This document shows positions 26,101 to 41,100 of a stretch of DNA of 64,000 bases, piece by piece. Origin of the DNA: Auanema rhodensis (Eukaryota; Animalia; Nematoda); the NCBI GenBank assembly GCA_964057225.1, contig OZ059900.1:25110001-25174000 (forward strand), given 5' to 3'. Both the position numbers and the translations under genes were made by a program. The notes below the pieces were generated by a model. That model made no database searches, was not told the DNA's origin, and was given only the letters and a program-made list of their open reading frames with translations. Within the stretch, counting starts at the first letter, position 1, and each line of letters begins with the position of its first letter.

Positions 26101-29100
26101 TGCTAATTTCCTTAATTTTCTAACCCCTGTTTTTTTGTCGTGAAAGTGGAACTAGACGTTGTACGAACAATTTTGAGCTAGGTTTCATTGACATTGCATG
26201 AGTTTGAACACATGAGATCGTAAGTCAAAACCTTGTTTACAGCGAAATTTCCAAAAACTGGTTTTCCAGCATAATAAAATATTTCTCATGGGAAATACAG
26301 TGTTTTTGTATTTTTTTAGTGTTCAGCATGTAAAATGCGTCATTTTAGTATGTAAAACGCTGAAATTCGTTGCATTTGACGACTCATATGAACAAAAATC
26401 GATTTTATCAATATTAGCCATAAGGGGCGTGCCCTCAGAATATGCTAATTTCCTTAATTTTCTAACCCCTGTTTTTTTGTCGTGAAAGTGGAACTAGACG
26501 TTGTACGAACAATTTTGAGCTAGGTTTCATTGACATTGCATGAGTTTGAACACATGAAATCGTAAGTCAAAACCTTGTTTACAGCGAAATTTCCAAAAAC
26601 TGGTTTTCCAGCATAATAAAATATTTCTCATGAGAAATACAGTGTTTTTGTATTTTTTTAGTGTTCAGCATGTAAAATGCTTCATTTTAGTATGTAACAC
26701 GCTGAAATTCGTTGCATTTGACGACTCATATGAACAAAAATCGATTTAATCAATATTAGCCATAAGGGGCGTGCCCTCAGAATATGCTAATTTCCTTAAT
26801 TTTCTAACCCCTGTTTTTTTGTCGTGAAAGTGGAACTAGACGTTGTACGAACAATTTTGAGCTAGGTTTCATTGACATTGCATGAGTTTGAACACATGAA
26901 ATCGTAAGTCAAAACCTTGTTTACAGCGAAATTTCCAAAAACTGGTTTTCCAGCATAATAAAATATTTCTCATGGGAAATACAGTGTTTTTGTATTTTTT
27001 TAGTGTTCAGCATGTAAAATGCGTCATTTTAGTATGTAAAACGCTGAGATTCGTTGCATTTGACGACTCATATGAACAAAAATCGATTTTATCAATATTA
27101 GCCATAAGGGGCGTGCCCTCAGAATATGCTAATTTCCTTAATTTTCTAACCCCTGTTTTTTTGTCGTGAAAGTGGAACTAGACGTTGTACGAACAATTTT
27201 GAGCTAGGTTTCATTGACATTGCATGAGTTTGAACACATGAAATCGTAAGTCAAAACCTTGTTTACAGCGAAATTTCCAAAAACTGGTTTTCCAGCATAA
27301 TACAATATTTCTCATGGGAAATACTGTGTTTTTGTATTTTTCTAGTGTTCAGAATGTAGAATGCTTCATTTTAGTACGTAACACGCTGAAATTCGTTGCA
27401 TTTGACGACTCATATGAACAAAAATCGATTTAATCAATATTAGCCATAAGGGGCGTGCCCTCAGAATATGCTAATTTCCTTAATTTTCTAACCCCTGTTT
27501 TTTTGTCGTGAAAGTGGAACTAGACGTTGTACGAACAATTTTGAGCTAGGTTTCATTGACATTGCATGAGTTTGAACACATGAAATCGTAAGTCAAAACC
27601 TTGTTTACAGCGAAATTTCCAAAAACTGGTTTTCCAGCATAATAAAATATTTCTCATGGGAAATACTGTGTTTTTGTATTTTTCTAGTGTTCAGCATGTA
27701 AAATGCTTCATTTTAGTATGTAACACGCTGAAATTCGTTGCATTTGACGACTCATATGAACAAAAATCGATTTAATCAATATTAGCCATAAGGGGCGTGC
27801 CCTCAGAATATGCTAATTTCCTTAATTTTCTAACCCCTGTTTTTTTGTCGTGAAAGTGGAACTAGACGTTGTACGAACAATTTTGAGCTAGGTTTCATTG
27901 ACATTGCATGAGTTTGAACACATGAAATCGTAAGTCAAAACCTTGTTTACAGCGAAATTTCCAAAAACTGGTTTTCCAGCATAATAAAATATTTCTCATG
28001 GGAAATACAGTGTTTTTGTATTTTTTTAGTGTTCAGCATGTAAAATGCGTCATTTTAGTATGTAAAACGCTGAAATTCGTTGCATTTGACGACTCATATG
28101 AACAAAAATCGATTTTATCAATATTAGCCATAAGGGGCGTGCCCTCAGAATATGCTAATTTCCTTAATTTTCTAACCCCTGTTTTTTTGTCGTGAAAGTG
28201 GAACTAGACGTTGTACGAACAATTTTGAGCTAGGTTTCATTGACATTGCATGAGTTTGAACACATGAAATCGTAAGTCAAAACCTTGTTTACAGCGAAAT
28301 TTCCAAAAACTGGTTTTCCAGCATAATAAAATATTTCTCATGGGAAATACTGTGTTTTTGTATTTTTCTAGTGTTCAGCATGTAAAATGCTTCATTTTAG
28401 TATGTAACACGCTGAAATTCGTTGCATTTGACGACTCATATGAACAAAAATCGATTTAATCAATATTAGCCATAAGGGGCGTGCCCTCAGAATATGCTAA
28501 TTTCCTTAATTTTCTAACCCCTGTTTTTTTGTCGTGAAAGTGGAACTAGACGTTGTACGAACAATTTTGAGCTAGGTTTCATTGACATTGCATGAGTTTG
28601 AACACATGAAATCGTAAGTCAAAACCTTGTTTACAGCGAAATTTCCAAAAACTGGTTTTCCAGCATAATAAAATATTTCTCATGGGAAATACAGTGTTTT
28701 TGTATTTTTTTAGTGTTCAGCATGTAAAATGCGTCATTTTAGTATGTAAAACGCTGAAATTCGTTGCATTTGACGACTCATATGAACAAAAATCGATTTT
28801 ATCAATATCAGCCATAAGGGGCGTGCCCTCAGAATATGCTAATTTCCTTAATTTTCTAACCCCTGTTTTTTTGTCGTGAAAGTGGAACTAGACGTTGTAC
28901 GAACAATTTTGAGCTAGGTTTCATTGACATTGCATGAGTTTGAACACATGAAATCGTAAGTCAAAACCTTGTTTACAGCGAAATTTCCAAAAACTGGTTT
29001 TCCAGCATAATACAATATTTCTCATGGGAAATACTGTGTTTTTGTATTTTTCTAGTGTTCAGAATGTAGAATGCTTCATTTTAGTACGTAACACGCTGAA

Positions 29101-32100
29101 ATTCGTTGCATTTGACGACTCATATGAACAAAAATCGATTTAATCAATATTAGCCATAAGGGGCGTGCCCTCAGAATATGCTAATTTCCTTAATTTTCTA
29201 ACCCCTGTTTTTTTGTCGTGAAAGTGGAACTAGACGTTGTACGAACAATTTTGAGCTAGGTTTCATTGACATTGCATGAGTTTGAACACATGAAATCGTA
29301 AGTCAAAACCTTGTTTACAGCGAAATTTCCAAAAACTGGTTTTCCAGCATAATAAAATATTTCTCATGGGAAATACTGTGTTTTTGTATTTTTCTAGTGT
29401 TCAGCATGTAAAATGCTTCATTTTAGTATGTAACACGCTGAAATTCGTTGCATTTGACGACTCATATGAACAAAAATCGATTTAATCAATATTAGCCATA
29501 AGGGGCGTGCCCTCAGAATATGCTAATTTCCTTAATTTTCTAACCCCTGTTTTTTTGTCGTGAAAGTGGAACTAGACGTTGTACGAACAATTTTGAGCTA
29601 GGTTTCATTGACATTGCATGAGTTTGAACACATGAAATCGTAAGTCAAAACCTTGTTTACAGCGAAATTTCCAAAAACTGGTTTTCCAGCATAATAAAAT
29701 ATTTCTCATGGGAAATACAGTGTTTTTGTATTTTTTTAGTGTTCAGCATGTAAAATGCGTCATTTTAGTATGTAAAACGCTGAAATTCGTTGCATTTGAC
29801 GACTCATATGAACAAAAATCGATTTTATCAATATTAGCCATAAGGGGCGTGCCCTCAGAATATGCTAATTTCCTTAATTTTCTAACCCCTGTTTTTTTGT
29901 CGTGAAAGTGGAACTAGACGTTGTACGAACAATTTTGAGCTAGGTTTCATTGACATTGCATGAGTTTGAACACATGAAATCGTAAGTCAAAACCTTGTTT
30001 ACAGCGAAATTTCCAAAAACTGGTTTTCCAGCATAATACAATATTTCTCATGGGAAATACTGTGTTTTTGTATTTTTCTAGTGTTCAGAATGTAGAATGC
30101 TTCATTTTAGTACGTAACACGCTGAAATTCGTTGCATTTGACGACTCATATGAACAAAAATCGATTTAATCAATATTAGCCATAAGGGGCGTGCCCTCAG
30201 AATATGCTAATTTCCTTAATTTTCTAACCCCTGTTTTTTTGTCGTGAAAGTGGAACTAGACGTTGTACGAACAATTTTGAGCTAGGTTTCATTGACATTG
30301 CATGAGTTTGAACACATGAAATCGTAAGTCAAAACCTTGTTTACAGCGAAATTTCCAAAAACTGGTTTTCCAGCATAATAAAATATTTCTCATGGGAAAT
30401 ACTGTGTTTTTGTATTTTTCTAGTGTTCAGCATGTAAAATGCTTCATTTTAGTATGTAACACGCTGAAATTCGTTGCATTTGACGACTCATATGAACAAA
30501 AATCGATTTAATCAATATTAGCCATAAGGGGCGTGCCCTCAGAATATGCTAATTTCCTTAATTTTCTAACCCCTGTTTTTTTGTCGTGAAAGTGGAACTA
30601 GACGTTGTACGAACAATTTTGAGCTAGGTTTCATTGACATTGCATGAGTTTGAACACATGAAATCGTAAGTCAAAACCTTGTTTACAGCGAAATTTCCAA
30701 AAACTGGTTTTCCAGCATAATAAAATATTTCTCATGGGAAATACAGTGTTTTTGTATTTTTTTAGTGTTCAGCATGTAAAATGCGTCATTTTAGTATGTA
30801 AAACGCTGAAATTCGTTGCATTTGACGACTCATATGAACAAAAATCGATTTTATCAATATTAGCCATAAGGGGCGTGCCCTCAGAATATGCTAATTTCCT
30901 TAATTTTCTAACCCCTGTTTTTTTGTCGTGAAAGTGGAACTAGACGTTGTACGAACAATTTTGAGCTAGGTTTCATTGACATTGCATGAGTTTGAACACA
31001 TGAAATCGTAAGTCAAAACCTTGTTTACAGCGAAATTTCCAAAAACTGTGTTTTTATATTTTTCTAGTGTTCAGCATGTGAAATGCTTAACTTTAGTATG
31101 TAACACGCTGAAATTCGTTGCATTTGACGACTCATATGAACAAAAATCGATTTAATCAATATTAGCCATAAGGGGCGTGCCCTCAGAATATGCTAATTTC
31201 CTTAATTTTCTAACCCCTGTTTTTTTGTCGTGAAAGTGGAACTAGACGTTGTACGAACAATTTTGAGCTAGGTTTCATTGACATTGCATGAGTTTGAACA
31301 CATGAAATCGTAAGTCAAAACCTTGTTTACAGCGAAATTTCCAAAAACTGGTTTTCCAGCATAATAAAATATTTCTCATGGGAAATACTGTGTTTTTGTA
31401 TTTTTCTAGTGTTCAGCATGTAAAATGCTTCATTTTAGTATGTAACACGCTGAAATTCGTTGCATTTGACGACTCATATGAACAAAAATCGATTTAATCA
31501 ATATTAGCCATAAGGGGCGTGCCCTCAGAATATGCTAATTTCCTTAATTTTCTAACCCCTGTTTTTTTGTCGTGAAAGTGGAACTAGACGTTGTACGAAC
31601 AATTTTGAGCTAGGTTTCATTGACATTGCATGAGTTTGAACACATGAAATCGTAAGTCAAAACCTTGTTTACAGCGAAATTTCCAAAAACTGGTTTTCCA
31701 GCATAATAAAATATTTCTCATGGGAAATACAGTGTTTTTGTATTTTTTTAGTGTTCAGCATGTAAAATGCGTCATTTTAGTATGTAAAACGCTGAAATTC
31801 GTTGCATTTGACGACTCATATGAACAAAAATCGATTTTATCAATATTAGCCATAAGGGGCGTGCCCTCAGAATATGCTAATTTCCTTAATTTTCTAACCC
31901 CTGTTTTTTTGTCGTGAAAGTGGAACTAGACGTTGTACGAACAATTTTGAGCTAGGTTTCATTGACATTGCATGAGTTTGAACACATGAAATCGTAAGTC
32001 AAAACCTTGTTTACAGCGAAATTTCCAAAAACTGGTTTTCCAGCATAATACAATATTTCTCATGGGAAATACTGTGTTTTTGTATTTTTCTAGTGTTCAG

Positions 32101-35100
32101 AATGTAGAATGCTTCATTTTAGTACGTAACACGCTGAAATTCGTTGCATTTGACGACTCATATGAACAAAAATCGATTTAATCAATATTAGCCATAAGGG
32201 GCGTGCCCTCAGAATATGCTAATTTCCTTAATTTTCTAACCCCTGTTTTTTTGTCGTGAAAGTGGAACTAGACGTTGTACGAACAATTTTGAGCTAGGTT
32301 TCATTGACATTGCATGAGTTTGAACACATGAAATCGTAAGTCAAAACCTTGTTTACAGCGAAATTTCCAAAAACTGGTTTTCCAGCATAATAAAATATTT
32401 CTCATGGGAAATACTGTGTTTTTGTATTTTTCTAGTGTTCAGCATGTAAAATGCTTCATTTTAGTATGTAACACGCTGAAATTCGTTGCATTTGACGACT
32501 CATATGAACAAAAATCGATTTAATCAATATTAGCCATAAGGGGCGTGCCCTCAGAATATGCTAATTTCCTTAATTTTCTAACCCCTGTTTTTTTGTCGTG
32601 AAAGTGGAACTAGACGTTGTACGAACAATTTTGAGCTAGGTTTCATTGACATTGCATGAGTTTGAACACATGAAATCGTAAGTCAAAACCTTGTTTACAG
32701 CGAAATTTCCAAAAACTGGTTTTCCAGCATAATAAAATATTTCTCATGGGAAATACAGTGTTTTTGTATTTTTTTAGTGTTCAGCATGTAAAATGCGTCA
32801 TTTTAGTATGTAAAACGCTGAAATTCGTTGCATTTGACGACTCATATGAACAAAAATCGATTTTATCAATATTAGCCATAAGGGGCGTGCCCTCAGAATA
32901 TGCTAATTTCCTTAATTTTCTAACCCCTGTTTTTTTGTCGTGAAAGTGGAACTAGACGTTGTACGAACAATTTTGAGCTAGGTTTCATTGACATTGCATG
33001 AGTTTGAACACATGAAATCGTAAGTCAAAACCTTGTTTACAGCGAAATTTCCAAAAACTGGTTTTCCAGCATAATAAAATATTTCTCAAGGGAAAAACTG
33101 TGTTTTTATATTTTTCTAGTGTTCAGCATGTGAAATGCTTAACTTTAGTATGTAACACGCTGAAATTCGTTGCATTTGACGACTCATATGAACAAAAATC
33201 GATTTAATCAATATTAGCCATAAGGGGCGTGCCCTCAGAATATGCTAATTTCCTTAATTTTCTAACCCCTGTTTTTTTGTCGTGAAAGTGGAACTAGACG
33301 TTGTACGAACAATTTTGAGCTAGGTTTCATTGACATTGCATGAGTTTGAACACATGAAATCGTAAGTCAAAACCTTGTTTACAGCGAAATTTCCAAAAAC
33401 TGGTTTTCCAGCATAATAAAATATTTCTCATGGGAAATACTGTGTTTTTGTATTTTTCTAGTGTTCAGCATGTAAAATGCTTCATTTTAGTATGTAACAC
33501 GCTGAAATTCGTTGCATTTGACGACTCATATGAACAAAAATCGATTTAATCAATATTAGCCATAAGGGGCGTGCCCTCAGAATATGCTAATTTCCTTAAT
33601 TTTCTAACCCCTGTTTTTTTGTCGTGAAAGTGGAACTAGACGTTGTACGAACAATTTTGAGCTAGGTTTCATTGACATTGCATGAGTTTGAACACATGAA
33701 ATCGTAAGTCAAAACCTTGTTTACAGCGAAATTTCCAAAAACTGGTTTTCCAGCATAATAAAATATTTCTCATGGGAAATACAGTGTTTTTGTATTTTTT
33801 TAGTGTTCAGCATGTAAAATGCGTCATTTTAGTATGTAAAACGCTGAAATTCGTTGCATTTGACGACTCATATGAACAAAAATCGATTTTATCAATATTA
33901 GCCATAAGGGGCGTGCCCTCAGAATATGCTAATTTCCTTAATTTTCTAACCCCTGTTTTTTTGTCGTGAAAGTGGAACTAGACGTTGTACGAACAATTTT
34001 GAGCTAGGTTTCATTGACATTGCATGAGTTTGAACACATGAAATCGTAAGTCAAAACCTTGTTTACAGCGAAATTTCCAAAAACTGGTTTTCCAGCATAA
34101 TACAATATTTCTCATGGGAAATACTGTGTTTTTGTATTTTTCTAGTGTTCAGAATGTAGAATGCTTCATTTTAGTACGTAACACGCTCAAATTCGTTGCA
34201 TTTGACGACTCATATGAACAAAAATCGATTTAATCAATATTAGCCATAAGGGGCGTGCCCTCAGAATATGCTAATTTCCTTAATTTTCTAACCCCTGTTT
34301 TTTTGTCGTGAAAGTGGAACTAGACGTTGTACGAACAATTTTGAGCTAGGTTTCATTGACATTGCATGAGTTTGAACACATGAAATCGTAAGTCAAAACC
34401 TTGTTTACAGCGAAATTTCCAAAAACTGGTTTTCCAGCATAATAAAATATTTCTCATGGGAAATACTGTGTTTTTGTATTTTTCTAGTGTTCAGCATGTA
34501 AAATGCTTCATTTTAGTATGTAACACGCTGAAATTCGTTGCATTTGACGACTCATATGAACAAAAATCGATTTAATCAATATTAGCCATAAGGGGCGTGC
34601 CCTCAGAATATGCTAATTTCCTTAATTTTCTAACCCCTGTTTTTTTGTCGTGAAAGTGGAACTAGACGTTGTACGAACAATTTTGAGCTAGGTTTCATTG
34701 ACATTGCATGAGTTTGAACACATGAAATCGTAAGTCAAAACCTTGTTTACAGCGAAATTTCCAAAAACTGGTTTTCCAGCATAATACAATATTTCTCATG
34801 GGAAAAACTGTGTTTTTGTATTTTTCTAGTGTTCAGAATGTAGAATGCTTCATTTTAGTACGTAACACGCTGAAATTCGTTGCATTTGACGACTCATATG
34901 AACAAAAATCGATTTAATCAATATTAGCCATAAGGGGCGTGCCCTCAGAATATGCTAATTTCCTTAATTTTCAAACCCCTGTTTTTTTGTCGTGAAAGTG
35001 GAACTAGACGTTGTACGAACAATTTTGAGCTAGGTTTCATTGACATTGCATGAGTTTGAACACATGAAATCGTAAGTCAAAACCTTGTTTACAGCGAAAT

Positions 35101-38100
35101 TTCCAAAAACTGGTTTTCCAGCATAATAAAATATTTCTCATGGGAAATACTGTGTTTTTGTATTTTTCTAGTGTTCAGCATGTAAAATGCTTCATTTTAG
35201 TATGTAACACGCTGAAATTCGTTGCATTTGACGACTCATATGAACAAAAATCGATTTAATCAATATTAGCCATAAGGGGCGTGCCCTCAGAATATGCTAA
35301 TTTCCTTAATGTTCTAACCCCTGTTTTTTTGTCGTGAAAGTGGAACTAGACGTTGTACGAACAATTCTGAGCTAGGTTTCATTGACATTGCATGAGTTTG
35401 AACACATGAAATCGTAAGTCAAAACCTTGTTTACAGCGAAATTTCCAAAAACTGGTTTTCCAGCATAATAAAATATTTCTCATGAGAAATACAGTGTTTT
35501 TGTATTTTTTTAGTGTTCAGCATGTAAAATGCGTCATTTTAGTATGTAAAACGCTGAAATTCGTTGCATTTGACGACTCATATGAACAAAAATCGATTTT
35601 ATCAATATTAGCCATAAGGGGCGTGCCCTCAGAATATGCTAATTTCCTTAATTTTCTAACCCCTGTTTTTTTGTCGTGAAAGTGGAACTAGACGTTGTAC
35701 GAACAATTTTGAGCTAGGTTTCATTGACATTGCATGAGTTTGAACACATGAAATCGTAAGTCAAAACCTTGTTTACAGCGAAATTTCCAAAAACTGGTTT
35801 TCCAGCATAATACAATATTTCTCATGGGAAATACTGTGTTTTTGTATTTTTCTAGTGTTCAGAATGTAGAATGCTTCATTTTAGTACGTAACACGCTGAA
35901 ATTCGTTGCATTTGACGACTCATATGAACAAAAATCGATTTAATCAATATTAGCCATAAGGGGCGTGCCCTCAGAATATGCTAATTTCCTTAATTTTCTA
36001 ACCCCTGTTTTTTTGTCGTGAAAGTGGAACTAGACGTTGTACGAACAATTTTGAGCTAGGTTTCATTGACATTGCATGAGTTTGAACACATGAGATCGTA
36101 AGTCAAAACCTTGTTTACAGCGAAATTTCCAAAAACTGGTTTTCCAGCATAATAAAATATTTCTCATGGGAAATACAGTGTTTTTGTATTTTTTTAGTGT
36201 TCAGCATGTAAAATGCGTCATTTTAGTATGTAAAACGCTGAAATTCGTTGCATTTGACGACTCATATGAACAAAAATCGATTTTATCAATATTAGCCATA
36301 AGGGGCGTGCCCTCAGAATATGCTAATTTCCTTAATTTTCTAACCCCTGTTTTTTTGTCGTGAAAGTGGAACTAGACGTTGTACGAACAATTTTGAGCTA
36401 GGTTTCATTGACATTGCATGAGTTTGAACACATGAAATCGTAAGTCAAAACCTTGTTTACAGCGAAATTTCCAAAAACTGGTTTTCCAGCATAATAAAAT
36501 ATTTCTCATGAGAAATACAGTGTTTTTGTATTTTTTTAGTGTTCAGCATGTAAAATGCTTCATTTTAGTATGTAACACGCTGAAATTCGTTGCATTTGAC
36601 GACTCATATGAACAAAAATCGATTTAATCAATATTAGCCATAAGGGGCGTGCCCTCAGAATATGCTAATTTCCTTAATGTTCTAACCCCTGTTTTTTTGT
36701 CGTGAAAGTGGAACTAGACGTTGTACGAACAATTCTGAGCTAGGTTTCATTGACATTGCATGAGTTTGAACACATGAAATCGTAAGTCAAAACCTTGTTT
36801 ACAGCGAAATTTCCAAAAACTGGTTTTCCAGCATAATAAAATATTTCTCATGAGAAATACAGTGTTTTTGTATTTTTTTAGTGTTCAGCATGTAAAATGC
36901 GTCATTTTAGTATGTAAAACGCTGAAATTCGTTGCATTTGACGACTCATATGAACAAAAATCGATTTTATCAATATTAGCCATAAGGGGCGTGCCCTCAG
37001 AATATGCTAATTTCCTTAATTTTCTAACCCCTGTTTTTTTGTCGTGAAAGTGGAACTAGACGTTGTACGAACAATTTTGAGCTAGGTTTCATTGACATTG
37101 CATGAGTTTGAACACATGAAATCGTAAGTCAAAACCTTGTTTACAGCGAAATTTCCAAAAACTGGTTTTCCAGCATAATACAATATTTCTCATGGGAAAT
37201 ACTGTGTTTTTGTATTTTTCTAGTGTTCAGAATGTAGAATGCTTCATTTTAGTACGTAACACGCTGAAATTCGTTGCATTTGACGACTCATATGAACAAA
37301 AATCGATTTAATCAATATTAGCCATAAGGGGCGTGCCCTCAGAATATGCTAATTTCCTTAATTTTCTAACCCCTGTTTTTTTGTCGTGAAAGTGGAACTA
37401 GACGTTGTACGAACAATTTTGAGCTAGGTTTCATTGACATTGCATGAGTTTGAACACATGAGATCGTAAGTCAAAACCTTGTTTACAGCGAAATTTCCAA
37501 AAACTGGTTTTCCAGCATAATAAAATATTTCTCATGGGAAATACAGTGTTTTTGTATTTTTTTAGTGTTCAGCATGTAAAATGCGTCATTTTAGTATGTA
37601 AAACGCTGAAATTCGTTGCATTTGACGACTCATATGAACAAAAATCGATTTTATCAATATTAGCCATAAGGGGCGTGCCCTCAGAATATGCTAATTTCCT
37701 TAATTTTCTAACCCCTGTTTTTTTGTCGTGAAAGTGGAACTAGACGTTGTACGAACAATTTTGAGCTAGGTTTCATTGACATTGCATGAGTTTGAACACA
37801 TGAAATCGTAAGTCAAAACCTTGTTTACAGCGAAATTTCCAAAAACTGGTTTTCCAGCATAATAAAATATTTCTCATGAGAAATACAGTGTTTTTGTATT
37901 TTTTTAGTGTTCAGCATGTAAAATGCTTCATTTTAGTATGTAACACGCTGAAATTCGTTGCATTTGACGACTCATATGAACAAAAATCGATTTAATCAAT
38001 ATTAGCCATAAGGGGCGTGCCCTCAGAATATGCTAATTTCCTTAATTTTCTAACCCCTGTTTTTTTGTCGTGAAAGTGGAACTAGACGTTGTACGAACAA

Positions 38101-41100
38101 TTTTGAGCTAGGTTTCATTGACATTGCATGAGTTTGAACACATGAAATCGTAAGTCAAAACCTTGTTTACAGCGAAATTTCCAAAAACTGGTTTTCCAGC
38201 ATAATAAAATATTTCTCATGGGAAATACAGTGTTTTTGTATTTTTTTAGTGTTCAGCATGTAAAATGCGTCATTTTAGTATGTAAAACGCTGAGATTCGT
38301 TGCATTTGACGACTCATATGAACAAAAATCGATTTTATCAATATTAGCCATAAGGGGCGTGCCCTCAGAATATGCTAATTTCCTTAATTTTCTAACCCCT
38401 GTTTTTTTGTCGTGAAAGTGGAACTAGACGTTGTACGAACAATTTTGAGCTAGGTTTCATTGACATTGCATGAGTTTGAACACATGAAATCGTAAGTCAA
38501 AACCTTGTTTACAGCGAAATTTCCAAAAACTGGTTTTCCAGCATAATACAATATTTCTCATGGGAAATACTGTGTTTTTGTATTTTTCTAGTGTTCAGAA
38601 TGTAGAATGCTTCATTTTAGTACGTAACACGCTGAAATTCGTTGCATTTGACGACTCATATGAACAAAAATCGATTTAATCAATATTAGCCATAAGGGGC
38701 GTGCCCTCAGAATATGCTAATTTCCTTAATTTTCTAACCCCTGTTTTTTTGTCGTGAAAGTGGAACTAGACGTTGTACGAACAATTTTGAGCTAGGTTTC
38801 ATTGACATTGCATGAGTTTGAACACATGAAATCGTAAGTCAAAACCTTGTTTACAGCGAAATTTCCAAAAACTGGTTTTCCAGCATAATAAAATATTTCT
38901 CATGGGAAATACTGTGTTTTTGTATTTTTCTAGTGTTCAGCATGTAAAATGCTTCATTTTAGTATGTAACACGCTGAAATTCGTTGCATTTGACGACTCA
39001 TATGAACAAAAATCGATTTAATCAATATTAGCCATAAGGGGCGTGCCCTCAGAATATGCTAATTTCCTTAATTTTCTAACCCCTGTTTTTTTGTCGTGAA
39101 AGTGGAACTAGACGTTGTACGAACAATTTTGAGCTAGGTTTCATTGACATTGCATGAGTTTGAACACATGAAATCGTAAGTCAAAACCTTGTTTACAGCG
39201 AAATTTCCAAAAACTGGTTTTCCAGCATAATAAAATATTTCTCATGGGAAATACAGTGTTTTTGTATTTTTTTAGTGTTCAGCATGTAAAATGCGTCATT
39301 TTAGTATGTAAAACGCTGAAATTCGTTGCATTTGACGACTCATATGAACAAAAATCGATTTTATCAATATTAGCCATAAGGGGCGTGCCCTCAGAATATG
39401 CTAATTTCCTTAATTTTCTAACCCCTGTTTTTTTGTCGTGAAAGTGGAACTAGACGTTGTACGAACAATTTTGAGCTAGGTTTCATTGACATTGCATGAG
39501 TTTGAACACATGAAATCGTAAGTCAAAACCTTGTTTACAGCGAAATTTCCAAAAACTGGTTTTCCAGCATAATACAATATTTCTCATGGGAAATACTGTG
39601 TTTTTGTATTTTTCTAGTGTTCAGAATGTAGAATGCTTCATTTTAGTACGTAACACGCTGAAATTCGTTGCATTTGACGACTCATATGAACAAAAATCGA
39701 TTTAATCAATATTAGCCATAAGGGGCGTGCCCTCAGAATATGCTAATTTCCTTAATTTTCTAACCCCTGTTTTTTTGTCGTGAAAGTGGAACTAGACGTT
39801 GTACGAACAATTTTGAGCTAGGTTTCATTGACATTGCATGAGTTTGAACACATGAAATCGTAAGTCAAAACCTTGTTTACAGCGAAATTTCCAAAAACTG
39901 GTTTTCCAGCATAATAAAATATTTCTCATGGGAAATACTGTGTTTTTGTATTTTTCTAGTGTTCAGCATGTAAAATGCTTCATTTTAGTATGTAACACGC
40001 TGAAATTCGTTGCATTTGACGACTCATATGAACAAAAATCGATTTAATCAATATTAGCCATAAGGGGCGTGCCCTCAGAATATGCTAATTTCCTTAATTT
40101 TCTAACCCCTGTTTTTTTGTCGTGAAAGTGGAACTAGACGTTGTACGAACAATTTTGAGCTAGGTTTCATTGACATTGCATGAGTTTGAACACATGAAAT
40201 CGTAAGTCAAAACCTTGTTTACAGCGAAATTTCCAAAAACTGGTTTTCCAGCATAATAAAATATTTCTCATGGGAAATACAGTGTTTTTGTATTTTTTTA
40301 GTGTTCAGCATGTAAAATGCGTCATTTTAGTATGTAAAACGCTGAAATTCGTTGCATTTGACGACTCATATGAACAAAAATCGATTTTATCAATATTAGC
40401 CATAAGGGGCGTGCCCTCAGAATATGCTAATTTCCTTAATTTTCTAACCCCTGTTTTTTTGTCGTGAAAGTGGAACTAGACGTTGTACGAACAATTTTGA
40501 GCTAGGTTTCATTGACATTGCATGAGTTTGAACACATGAAATCGTAAGTCAAAACCTTGTTTACAGCGAAATTTCCAAAAACTGGTTTTCCAGCATAATA
40601 CAATATTTCTCATGGGAAATACTGTGTTTTTGTATTTTTCTAGTGTTCAGAATGTAGAATGCTTCATTTTAGTACGTAACACGCTGAAATTCGTTGCATT
40701 TGACGACTCATATGAACAAAAATCGATTTAATCAATATTAGCCATAAGGGGCGTGCCCTCAGAATATGCTAATTTCCTTAATTTTCTAACCCCTGTTTTT
40801 TTGTCGTGAAAGTGGAACTAGACGTTGTACGAACAATTTTGAGCTAGGTTTCATTGACATTGCATGAGTTTGAACACATGAAATCGTAAGTCAAAACCTT
40901 GTTTACAGCGAAATTTCCAAAAACTGGTTTTCCAGCATAATAAAATATTTCTCACGGGAAATACTGTGTTTTTGTATTTTTCTAGTGTTCAGCATGTAAA
41001 ATGCTTCATTTTAGTATGTAACACGCTGAAATTCGTTGCATTTGACGACTCATATAAACAAAAATCGATTTAATCAATATTAGCCATAAGGGGCGTGCCC

